From the NCBI GenBank assembly GCA_963822445.1, contig CAWGHO010000003.1:992001-1056000 (forward strand): a DNA stretch of 64,000 nt, written 5' to 3'. Origin of the DNA: an uncultured Acidobacteriota bacterium. GTDB taxonomy: Bacteria; Acidobacteriota; Thermoanaerobaculia; Gp7-AA8. Below, in pieces: positions 1-8,685 of the stretch. The translations under genes were made by a program, and so were the position numbers. Under the pieces are notes generated by a model. The model did no database searches and had not been told where the DNA came from. It saw nothing but the letters and a program-made list of their open reading frames with translations. Position 1 is the first letter of the stretch; each line of letters begins with the position of its first letter.

Positions 1-105
1 ATGGGGGCCCGGCGGGTTGAAGTTGTGAGTCAGCGCAGCCGGCCGTGCCGGCCCGTGAAAGATTTCACAAGCGCGGAGCATACTGATTCGATCTGAAGGG
101 GACAA

Positions 106-1062
106 GTGAAAAAAGACGCCGTCATTACTCTCGTTGCCGTGGTTGTCGTTCTCGTTGCCGCATACGTTCTCGCGAGCGTTCGACCCGACCGGCCGGGCAC
201 GCCCTCGCAGCCTTTCCGCCCCGATGGGAAGGAAGCAAAGAAGAAGGGCGAGGATCCGAACGACAAAGTGATCATGCACGTCAACGGCGAAGCGGTGACG
301 GAGAGTGAATTCACCTCCCTGATGGCGCAGGCACCCGCCGAGCAGCGCGCGTTCTACGGCAGCGATCAGGGCAAGCGCCTGCTCGCCGACGAGCTGGTGA
401 AGCTGAAATCTCTCGAGCAGGAAGGCCGCCGCCTCGGCGTCGCCGACGAACCGGAAGTGCGCTCCCAGCTCGAATCGCTCGAAGCGCAGATCGTCGCCGG
501 CAAGACCCTGGAGAGACTGGTGAAGGAGCAGGTCGACAAGAACATCCAGGCGGAGTTCGCGAAAGAGAAAGCGAGCTCGAAAACGCTGCGGCACATCCTC
601 CTCGCCTATCAGGGCAGCGCCGTTCCGCCGCGCGCGGGCAAGCCGGTCAGCGCCGAGCAGGCGAAGCAGAAGGCGGCCGCGCTCGTGGCCCGCATCCGCC
701 GCGGTGAGGAGTTCGGCTCGGTCGCGCGACTCGAGTCCGACGATCAGCAGACCGCTCCCCGCGGAGGAACCCTCGGCGCCGCGCGCCCCGATCAACTACC
801 GCCGGAGATCGGAAAGGTGGTGGCCGCGCTCAAGCCGGGACAGATCAGCGATCCGGTCCAGACCCAGTTCGGCATCCACATCTTCAACGTCGAAGAGCCG
901 AAGCTCGAGGACATGCGGGAGATGCTCACCGATCGCATGCAGCGTCAGGCCGTCGAGGAGACGGTGACCCGCCTGCAGAAGGGCGCGAAGGTGGAGCTGG
1001 ACGAGAAGTTCTTCCCGCCTGTTCCCACGCAGCCCGCCGCGCCACCCAAGACCAAGGGTTAG
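106..1062 (+). CDS. PpiC/parvulin-type peptidyl-prolyl isomerase (PrsA/SurA-like foldase)
   Basis: N-terminal TM anchor; motifs RHILL, SDD..TAPRGGTLG and GQISDPVQTQFGIHIF; GAAGGGG SD before the GTG start. Confidence 0.88.
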   Translation: MKKDAVITLVAVVVVLVAAYVLASVRPDRPGTPSQPFRPDGKEAKKKGEDPNDKVIMHVNGEAVTESEFTSLMAQAPAEQRAFYGSDQGKRLLADELVKLKSLEQEGRRLGVADEPEVRSQLESLEAQIVAGKTLERLVKEQVDKNIQAEFAKEKASSKTLRHILLAYQGSAVPPRAGKPVSAEQAKQKAAALVARIRRGEEFGSVARLESDDQQTAPRGGTLGAARPDQLPPEIGKVVAALKPGQISDPVQTQFGIHIFNVEEPKLEDMREMLTDRMQRQAVEETVTRLQKGAKVELDEKFFPPVPTQPAAPPKTKG

Positions 1063-1085
1063 GCGTACACTTATCGCCATCCCTC

Positions 1086-1457
1086 ATGAGCGCGCGGAAG
1101 ATTCTCGTCGTCGAAGACAACGACATGAATATGCAGCTGGTCGAATTCCTCCTGGAAGAGGGGGGATACGACATCGTGAAAGCCGCGAGCGGCGAGGAAG
1201 CGCTGGAGATCACCCGCAACACCTCCGGCGCGCCTGACCTGATCCTGATGGACATCCACCTGCCGGGCATGGACGGCCTTTCCGTGGTCCGGGCGATGAA
1301 GACCGACGACCGCACCCGCCGCATCCCCATCCTGGCCCTGACCGCCCACGCCATGCGCGGCGACAAGGACCGTTTCCTCGAAGCCGGCTGCGACGGCTAC
1401 ATCTCCAAGCCGATCGACGTGAAGACGTTCATCTCGTCGATTGAGCAATACTTGTGA
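1086..1457 (+). CDS. Single-domain response regulator (DivK/CheY-like)
   Basis: ILVVEDN, DLILMDIHLP, ALTAHAMRGD, YISKP receiver motifs. Confidence 0.92.
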   Translation: MSARKILVVEDNDMNMQLVEFLLEEGGYDIVKAASGEEALEITRNTSGAPDLILMDIHLPGMDGLSVVRAMKTDDRTRRIPILALTAHAMRGDKDRFLEAGCDGYISKPIDVKTFISSIEQYL

Positions 1458-1461
1458 GACG

Positions 1462-1516
1462 CAAAGGCTCAAAGCGTTTCTCCTTTGAGCCCTTGAGCCT
1501 CTGAGCCTTTGAGCCT
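1462..1516. repeat. Intergenic 8-mer tandem repeat (CTTTGAGC-like x4) preceded by an inverted copy
   Basis: ctttgagc/ccttgagc/ctctgagc/ctttgagc at 1483-1514; caaaggctcaaag at 1462-1474 is complementary. Confidence 0.75.
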
Positions 1517-1536
1517 CGACTACAATCCGCCCCCTT

Positions 1537-2661
1537 ATGCGAATGCTCGTCCTCGGCGCCGGCCGAATGGGTCTCGGCGCGGTCCACGATCTCGTTTCAC
1601 AAACCGACGTCACCGGTGTGACGGTTGCTGATGCCGACGGCGCGAAGGCGCGCGACATCGCCGCGCGGTGCGGCGATCGCGTCACGCCGCAACAGATCGA
1701 CTGCAACGACGACAACGCCGTCGTCGAATTGATGCGCGGTCATGCCTCGGCCATCAGCTGCGTCAACTACTGGCTGAACGAGCGCCTCGCCCGCGCCGCG
1801 ATTGCCGCGGGCACGAACTTCTGCGATCTCGGCGGCAACAATGACGTCGTCGACGCCGAACTGGCTCTCGACGCGCAGGCCCGCGCCGCGGGCGTGAACA
1901 TCATTCCCGACTGCGGACTCGCTCCGGGCATGGTGGCCGTCCTCGTCGCGCATGGCGCGCAGCAGTTCGAGACGCTCGACGAGATCCACATCCGCGTTGG
2001 CGGTCTGCCCCAGAACCCGAAGCCGCCGCTCGACTACCAGCTCGTCTTTTCCGTCGAAGGGCTGATCAACGAATACATCGAGCCGGCGCGCGTCATCCGC
2101 GACGGGAAGATCGTGACCGTCGAATCGATGACCGAGGTGGAGTCGCTGGAGTTCCCGCGGCCGTTCGGGACGATGGAAGCGTTCCAGACATCCGGCGGGA
2201 CCTCGACGCTCGTCGACACGTTCCGCGGCAAGGTTCGCGAGCTCGATTACAAGACCATCCGCTATCCGGGCCACTGCGAGAAGTTCAAGACCATGATCGA
2301 CCTCGGCCTCTGCAGCTCCGAGGCGATCACGGTCGATGGCGTGAGCGTGAAACCGCGGCGCGTTCTCGGCGATCTGCTCGTGAAGAACCTCCCTCACGAC
2401 GAGCCCGACGTGGTGCTCGTGCGTGTCGAGTTCGTAGGCGGCGACCGCCGTCTGACCTACGACATCATCGACCGCTACGATCCGGAGACCGGCCTCAGCG
2501 CGATGATGCGCACGACCGCATTCCCCGCGTCGATCGTGGCGTTGATGATGGCTCGCAACCACACGACGTCGAAGGGAGCGCTGCCGCAGGAACGGTGCAT
2601 TCCGCCGGATTTGTTCATGGAAGAGCTCGCGAAGCGGAAAATCGACGTGCAGGTCGAATAA
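1537..2661 (+). CDS. Saccharopine dehydrogenase / lysine 6-dehydrogenase family protein
   Basis: Rossmann motif LVLGAGRMG; DCGLAPG, FSVEGLINEY and KTIRYPGH. Confidence 0.88.
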   Translation: MRMLVLGAGRMGLGAVHDLVSQTDVTGVTVADADGAKARDIAARCGDRVTPQQIDCNDDNAVVELMRGHASAISCVNYWLNERLARAAIAAGTNFCDLGGNNDVVDAELALDAQARAAGVNIIPDCGLAPGMVAVLVAHGAQQFETLDEIHIRVGGLPQNPKPPLDYQLVFSVEGLINEYIEPARVIRDGKIVTVESMTEVESLEFPRPFGTMEAFQTSGGTSTLVDTFRGKVRELDYKTIRYPGHCEKFKTMIDLGLCSSEAITVDGVSVKPRRVLGDLLVKNLPHDEPDVVLVRVEFVGGDRRLTYDIIDRYDPETGLSAMMRTTAFPASIVALMMARNHTTSKGALPQERCIPPDLFMEELAKRKIDVQVE

Positions 2662-2697
2662 CTTTCGGTGCGGCCGGTTAACAATGCGAACCGGTCC

Positions 2698-5256
2698 ATG
2701 CTCCGCACAATCTCCTGGCTAACGCTCGCGCTCGCTCTCCTCGCTGCAGATCCGGCCGAGGCCTACTACCCGTTGTGGAATCGCACCAGTTTTTCGATCG
2801 TGGCGAACATCCGAAACATCTTCGCCGCTGACTTCAACGGTGACGGTCGGCCGGACGTGGTTACGCGCACCAGCACCACCGAAATTCACCTCTTCATCAC
2901 GTATGAAGACGGTACGCTCGGACCGCCGATGTCGGTTCACTCCACCACCGGGCTCAGCGGCCTCGCGGTCGCCGATGTGAATGGTGACGGGAAACTCGAC
3001 CTCATCATCGCCGGCAGTGCCCCCGAAGCGTTGACCGTCCTTCCTTCGAATGGCGACGGAAGTTTCGGTGCCGCGATCACCTCGCCGATTGCTGTCGATC
3101 CGGCGGGGCTTGCGATCGCGGACTTCAACGGCGACGACAAGATCGACGTGGTGGTCCGGAGCCTCAATGATCTGGCCGTCGCTTTGTACACCGGCGACGG
3201 TGCGGGAAACTTTGCACTCCTGCTGAACCGGCCTCTGGCAAGTGCGCCTCAGATCGTCGTCTCCGGCGACATCGATGCTGACGACAAGGCGGATTACGTA
3301 GTGGGGTATGGCGACACGACACCGTACGAGGTTCACTACGGCAACGGCGACGGCACCTTCCAGACCGTATTTCCCCTCTCCTCGCTCGCGGCGGCGGCCA
3401 CCAGGATGTTGATCGAGGACCTGGACGCGGACGGCGACCTGGAGATCATCGCCACGCACTTCGCCGCGAACACATTGACCGTCGTTGCCAACAACGGCAG
3501 CCGGACGTTCGCGTCACCTCTGGTTTATCCGGTTCTGCCTGTGGCGCCGCCCTCGGGAAATCCATTCGACATCGTGGTTGCCGACATGAACGGCGACGGC
3601 GATGCCGACGTCGTCACGACCCTCGCGAACGAAAAGTACATGGCCACCTTCACGGGCAACGGAGACGGCTCGCTGAATTCGCCCGCTTACGTTTACGCGG
3701 GCGGGACGCCATACGGCCAGTATGCGCCGCAATATCTGGCGACCGCCGACTTCACAGGCGATGGGCGCCCGGACATCGCTCTTGCCGGCAGCATCTTCAT
3801 TGCTCTCTACAAGAACCGATCGGGCGAAGTCGACCTGTTGGTGTCTCGCGAGTATCCGACCATCGCCGCCGGGCAGACCGCTACATTCTCAGTGCTGATC
3901 CGGGACGCCCAGTTCGCGCACTTCACTCAGTATCCCCCGCCGGGCGTAACCGGGACGGTGACGCTCAAAGAAGACGGCGTCGAGATCGGCAGCGCGACCG
4001 TCAGCAACAACGCCGCGACGATCGAGCTCCCGTCACTCGCGGTTGGCATGCACGCGATCACCGCGCATTACTCGGGTGACGACTCCTACCGGGCCACTGC
4101 CTCCGCACCGGTCCTGCAAAACGTCAGCGCCGACACCACCTCCGTGACGCTCACCAATTCAGCTTCCGGACCCCTGGAGTACGCGGAGGGCATCACGCTC
4201 ACCGCGACGGTTACCTCCACGAGCAACGAGCCCTTGGACGGACCGTTGTGGATTTACCGCAACGATGACCTGGTCTCGTCATGGCAAGGTCCGACCGCCC
4301 AATACCAAGCGATTCTCGGGCCCGGTACCTACACATATCGTGCAGTGTTCCGTGGAACGGAGACCCTGCCGCCCAGCACCTCCGAGATCGTCACGCAGGT
4401 CGTGATCAAGGGGACGTCGATCACCACGCTCGGCCAGGTCTTCGTTCAGCTCAGCGACCAGACCACGGTCGGGGTCAGCCTCACCGGTAAGTACCGCGGC
4501 AGCCCCGGGGGCAACGTTCGTCTGTACAACGGCTCGACTCTGCTCACCACGGTTTCTGCCGTGGCTCCGTACTGTTGTGACGGTACCTCGGTCCAGATCC
4601 CGCTCTCGCTTCCGGTTGGCGTGCACTACCTTCACGCCGTGTACGAAGGTGACGCGAACTTCGAGCCGTCGACTTCCGGTGTGACGAGGTACGTCGTGGT
4701 GCCCGACCAGGGTTTCGCAATCGAGGCGTGGGTCCAGGAAGGCTCGATCCGCGTTCGCGGACTGTACGACCTTCCGGCTGGCGGTTACTTCAAGATCTAT
4801 AGCCGCCGAGGAACTGTTCCTGGATGGATCATCTATCAGGGACCGGTCGCTTCATGGATCGAGCTCGAACCGGACCCTAATACCCCTTACCTGTTTCGGA
4901 TGGAGGCGTACAACTCGAGCAATCAACTGCTCGCCTCGAGCAACACCGAAATGGCGATGGTCTACGCGTTTGCCGATGACCCTCTCGTGCGCGGCACCGT
5001 CGTCAAGTCACTGCACTTCACCGAGCTCGGGGCTGCCACGAATACGCTGAGAACCGCGGCGAGTCTGGGCGCGATCAGTATCGATACGTCGCCCGGTCAT
5101 GTGATTGAGGCCGCGCACGTCCTGCAGCTTCGAGCGGCCATCAACGAGGCCCGCGTGGCCCTCGGAGCCTCGCCGGTGGCGTACACCGACGCGGTCGCGC
5201 CGGGACTGCCGGTGCGCGCCTCGCACGTCCAGGAATTGCGCGACGCCATCCGCTGA
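2698..5256 (+). CDS. Secreted FG-GAP/VCBS-repeat plus Ig-like (Big_3-like) domain protein
   Basis: Signal peptide MLRTISWL...AEA; about seven DxNGDGxxD repeats; Ig-like ITAHYSGD and LHAVYEGD; start moved to ATG 2698. Confidence 0.82.
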   Translation: MLRTISWLTLALALLAADPAEAYYPLWNRTSFSIVANIRNIFAADFNGDGRPDVVTRTSTTEIHLFITYEDGTLGPPMSVHSTTGLSGLAVADVNGDGKLDLIIAGSAPEALTVLPSNGDGSFGAAITSPIAVDPAGLAIADFNGDDKIDVVVRSLNDLAVALYTGDGAGNFALLLNRPLASAPQIVVSGDIDADDKADYVVGYGDTTPYEVHYGNGDGTFQTVFPLSSLAAAATRMLIEDLDADGDLEIIATHFAANTLTVVANNGSRTFASPLVYPVLPVAPPSGNPFDIVVADMNGDGDADVVTTLANEKYMATFTGNGDGSLNSPAYVYAGGTPYGQYAPQYLATADFTGDGRPDIALAGSIFIALYKNRSGEVDLLVSREYPTIAAGQTATFSVLIRDAQFAHFTQYPPPGVTGTVTLKEDGVEIGSATVSNNAATIELPSLAVGMHAITAHYSGDDSYRATASAPVLQNVSADTTSVTLTNSASGPLEYAEGITLTATVTSTSNEPLDGPLWIYRNDDLVSSWQGPTAQYQAILGPGTYTYRAVFRGTETLPPSTSEIVTQVVIKGTSITTLGQVFVQLSDQTTVGVSLTGKYRGSPGGNVRLYNGSTLLTTVSAVAPYCCDGTSVQIPLSLPVGVHYLHAVYEGDANFEPSTSGVTRYVVVPDQGFAIEAWVQEGSIRVRGLYDLPAGGYFKIYSRRGTVPGWIIYQGPVASWIELEPDPNTPYLFRMEAYNSSNQLLASSNTEMAMVYAFADDPLVRGTVVKSLHFTELGAATNTLRTAASLGAISIDTSPGHVIEAAHVLQLRAAINEARVALGASPVAYTDAVAPGLPVRASHVQELRDAIR

Positions 5257-5498
5257 CGCACGTTGTCGCGATAACCCCGACCCACCGGCACGATCGAATC
5301 GTCGTTCAGCACCAGCGCCGCCGCGCGGACGCCGCGCAAGTGATCGAGATTGGCGATGTACGAGCGGTGCACGCGCGCGAAGCTGGCAAGCAGCATCGAT
5401 TCGAGCGACGTGAGCGTCTTCTCGTGCAGGTGCACGTGACGTCGCGCAGGTGCAGCTCGGAGTAATCGTCGGCGCCGCGGATGAAGGTGATGTCGTCG
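5251..5498 (-). pseudogene. Orphan, frameshifted 3' fragment of a LytTR regulator gene; direct repeat of 22551-22799
   Basis: Hand alignment gives ~224/249 identical nt with 22551-22799; 1-nt deletion near 5438; no 5' half or start codon. Confidence 0.9.
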
Positions 5499-5538
5499 GA
5501 CCGCCGGACGACCTCGGTCGTCCGGCGGTTTGCATGGG

Positions 5539-8340
5539 CTAGTGGTGCTCGACCGGCAGTTGCTCCTCCGGTCCCACATAGACGCCCGTCATCATGCCCC
5601 GGTCCTCGTGCGCGAGGATGTGGCAGTGGATGACGAAGTGGCCGGAGTAGTCGACGAAGCGGCTGCGCATCTTGAAGTAACCGGGGATCTTCGTCCCGGT
5701 CGACGGTCCCCCCTTGGTATAGAACGTCTGGCCCGACGGGATCGAAAAGACGTCCCACCACTTGCGGCCATCGCCCTCGGGCGGCTCGGTCGGACCGCAT
5801 GGATGCCAACTGCTCTCCATCGCCGGATCGATGTAGCACTGATCCGGATGGCGGTCGCTGACGTCCTTGTTGGTCGTGTAGAGCGGAATGCCAACTGTGT
5901 ACGCGGCGTTGGTGACGCCCTTCGCCTTGGCGGTGCTGAAGGTGAGTGACGTGCCATCCTCGGCGATCGAGACCACGTTCGCCACCGATTCGCCGGCGAT
6001 GGTGATGAAGTCGCCGACCCGGAAGGTGGTGTTGAATCCGGTGCCTTTCACGACGTTCGTGTCCTTGACCGTGCTCACCGTGCCCGGGCCGGTTGCCTTC
6101 GACAGCAGCGCATTCGGCTCGAACTCCTCGGTGATCTGGAACGGGTTGATGTGAATGTGGAACGGATGGGCGATCTTCGGGTTGTAGCTGGCGTTGACGA
6201 TCGTCCACTCCTCGACCTTGTTCAGGTCGACCCTTTGGCTCACTTCACCGTGGAACTGCTTCCCGTTGATGGTGTGTCTGTTGAAGATGGGATTCGGTCT
6301 CGGCGGGTCCGGATTCTTGTCGGTGGCGAAGAGGACGGTGTTGTATCCCTCCACTTTGTCCTTGGTGATGTCTTTCAGGAAGGGAGGGAAGTAGGTATTC
6401 GACCGGTCCATGAACCCCATGTCCCGGGTCCCGTTGGCCGTATCGATGACCACGTTGAAGAGCAACTGCGTGCTCGAGGTGTTGGTGAGCGGATCGGTCG
6501 TGAGCACCGCCTTGACCGGGATCTTTCCCTTGCCGTCGAGCGGTGCCATCACCAGCAGGTCCACGCGATTGCCCGAGACGATCACGAACTCTTTGTTTTC
6601 GCTCTCCACATAGCGCGTGTTGGCGAGCTGCACGCCGTCGACCGCCAGTTGCCGCCATTGCAGACCGTTCGCCGGCGCCGAGAAAATCAGTCCGGAACGG
6701 CTCGACGTGTTGGCGATGCGCCACCACTGCACCTCGCCCGGCTTCATGGTGATGGTCGGCTGCAGCCGGCCGTTCACCGAGTAATACGGCCCCGGGCTCG
6801 GCATATTGCCTCCCTCCCGGTTCGGCGTGACGCCGAGCTGGTTGAGGACCATGAGCTTCTGCTCGATGCCGCCTTTCCTGTCGTACCAGGCATTGATCTC
6901 GTCGTCGTAGACGCCCTCGACGACCATCAGGCCGGTCATGCCGTTCGAGACGTTGATGGTCGTGGAGCCGTGCTTGTGGGCGTGATACCAGTGCGTCCCC
7001 GGCGACTGTCCCATGATCAACGGCGGCGGAGCCATCGCCATCGACGGGTCGTGGTGCCCCTCCGCCGGCATCGCGGGCTTCGGAGGGAAGGTCGCCTCGT
7101 TGTAGACCGGAAGGCGGAAGCAGTAGGGAAACGCGCCGATGTAGTTCTGCGGGAACTTCTTGGCGACGATCGCCGCCTCGTTCTGCTTCCACAGATCCGG
7201 CTGGGCCGTGCGCAGCAGGGCCTCCTGCATGTCGCGATACGTCTTCGGGAAATCCTCCCATCGCGTCGGCCACTGCTGCGGCCGATCGGCGAGATTGAGG
7301 TTCGCTTCGCAGTTGCCGAAGAACTCCCGGAAAGTGTCCTTGAGGACCTTGTCGTCGAAGCCTGGGGGCATGGTCCGGGCGCGCCTCTCGTTGTTGTCCC
7401 GCGTCCACGGCACGATCTCGAGGAAGACGTTGTCGGCGGTCGAGGTCGGGCTGGTGTGCGTGCCGTGATAGTGCACGTTCGTGAACACCGACCCGTGGAA
7501 GCAGTTCGGGTACAGATCGCCGCCTTGCGCGGTTTTCGGGTAGATCTGGCCGGTGTTGTCCTGCACCTCGTTGCATTTTTTGGTATCGGTGCCCGGGAAG
7601 TTGAGCCGGTCGATGAGGTTCAGGAACGTCAGCTCGACCAGGTCTCCGACGCGTGCGCGGATGGTCGGGCCCGGTATCGGCAGCGTCGTCGGGGCGTTGG
7701 GAGCCTGGCTCGCGTCCCCCGGGAGCTGCGGAGCCCCCGTCCGATACGTCCGCACCCACTGCTTGGCGCACGTGATGTTGGCCGTGGTGATCTCTCCCGA
7801 CTGAAACGTCCCTTTGTTGAATGCCATGTACTGATTCTCGCCAGTGGTGAGGAGCGTCCCGACGACCTGGTTCTTGTCCTTGTCCCGGGGAATCTCCGGA
7901 ATCGGAAGCAGCTCCCTCACCCGCGTCGACTTGTCCTTGCTGAGGACCCCGAAGAGATCCTCGCATCCCTGCGCGTGCAGCGAAGGCGCGAAGACGCCGC
8001 CGAGCAGCACCACCATCAGCATGGCCAGCGCCGTCTGGATGGTGATGGTTCCCTTCACGCCCGAAACACTCGAGGTATCCGTGGGCTTGACCGTGTACGT
8101 GTACGAGTACGGCGCCTTCGTGCCTGCCGGCAGCGAGACCTTGAAGGCCGGGCTCGACGAATCCCACGGTGGTGCAACCATGGGCACCACGGTATCGGGC
8201 AGTCCATCGATCGTGATCGTCTGCGAATCGTTCGTCCGATTCGACCAGCTGACCAGATCGCTCGACAGCACATTCTGTGGATCGGGATCGAGGGTGACGC
8301 TTCCCGATGAATCCGAGATGACAATCGACCAATCAGCCAT
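5539..8340 (-). CDS. Multicopper oxidase with N-terminal cupredoxin-like extension
   Basis: All four Cu motifs present: HYHG, WYHAH, HPFHIH, HCHILAHEDRGMM; AGGAG SD before ATG 8340. Confidence 0.9.
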   Translation of the reverse strand: MADWSIVISDSSGSVTLDPDPQNVLSSDLVSWSNRTNDSQTITIDGLPDTVVPMVAPPWDSSSPAFKVSLPAGTKAPYSYTYTVKPTDTSSVSGVKGTITIQTALAMLMVVLLGGVFAPSLHAQGCEDLFGVLSKDKSTRVRELLPIPEIPRDKDKNQVVGTLLTTGENQYMAFNKGTFQSGEITTANITCAKQWVRTYRTGAPQLPGDASQAPNAPTTLPIPGPTIRARVGDLVELTFLNLIDRLNFPGTDTKKCNEVQDNTGQIYPKTAQGGDLYPNCFHGSVFTNVHYHGTHTSPTSTADNVFLEIVPWTRDNNERRARTMPPGFDDKVLKDTFREFFGNCEANLNLADRPQQWPTRWEDFPKTYRDMQEALLRTAQPDLWKQNEAAIVAKKFPQNYIGAFPYCFRLPVYNEATFPPKPAMPAEGHHDPSMAMAPPPLIMGQSPGTHWYHAHKHGSTTINVSNGMTGLMVVEGVYDDEINAWYDRKGGIEQKLMVLNQLGVTPNREGGNMPSPGPYYSVNGRLQPTITMKPGEVQWWRIANTSSRSGLIFSAPANGLQWRQLAVDGVQLANTRYVESENKEFVIVSGNRVDLLVMAPLDGKGKIPVKAVLTTDPLTNTSSTQLLFNVVIDTANGTRDMGFMDRSNTYFPPFLKDITKDKVEGYNTVLFATDKNPDPPRPNPIFNRHTINGKQFHGEVSQRVDLNKVEEWTIVNASYNPKIAHPFHIHINPFQITEEFEPNALLSKATGPGTVSTVKDTNVVKGTGFNTTFRVGDFITIAGESVANVVSIAEDGTSLTFSTAKAKGVTNAAYTVGIPLYTTNKDVSDRHPDQCYIDPAMESSWHPCGPTEPPEGDGRKWWDVFSIPSGQTFYTKGGPSTGTKIPGYFKMRSRFVDYSGHFVIHCHILAHEDRGMMTGVYVGPEEQLPVEHH

Positions 8341-8543
8341 GGAATCTTCTCCTTCTGCTCTCTCTGGAGGAGGGACGGAGGACCCCCTCGTCCCTACCCC
8401 GATCATTGACCATGATGAGGCAGAACCGCCGGGTCACGCTCGCCGATGAACGCATGACGGGCAGACGTTCAGCCGTGAAGATGACTGCGAACGGTCCCGC
8501 GGGAGTTCGTCGTTTCGATGATCGCAGCAGCGGAACGCCGGCC

Positions 8544-8622
8544 ACGTCGTTCCATGGAAAGACGTCGGAACGTAAGCTCGCCTTCCTTGCCTGAGCTCGC
8601 CGCGAAGAGTACTCTCTTCGCG
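8544..8622. promoter_or_regulatory. Two dyad-symmetry sites in the divergent oxidase/TonB-receptor intergenic region
   Basis: acgtcgttccatggaaagacgt (8544-8565, 20/22 palindromic) and cgcgaagag-tact-ctcttcgcg (8601-8622). Confidence 0.4.
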
Positions 8623-8685
8623 ATCCGTAGCTCCGGCATTCCGTCCAATCCGGTCCACTGAGTAACCTCGACAAGGGAGGCTCGC

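Noticed and set aside
8410-8685. Cobalamin, TPP or Moco riboswitch ahead of the TonB receptor
   Set aside because: Only fragments (acggtcccgc, ccactg) match; the conserved cores are not present in order. An Rfam scan is needed
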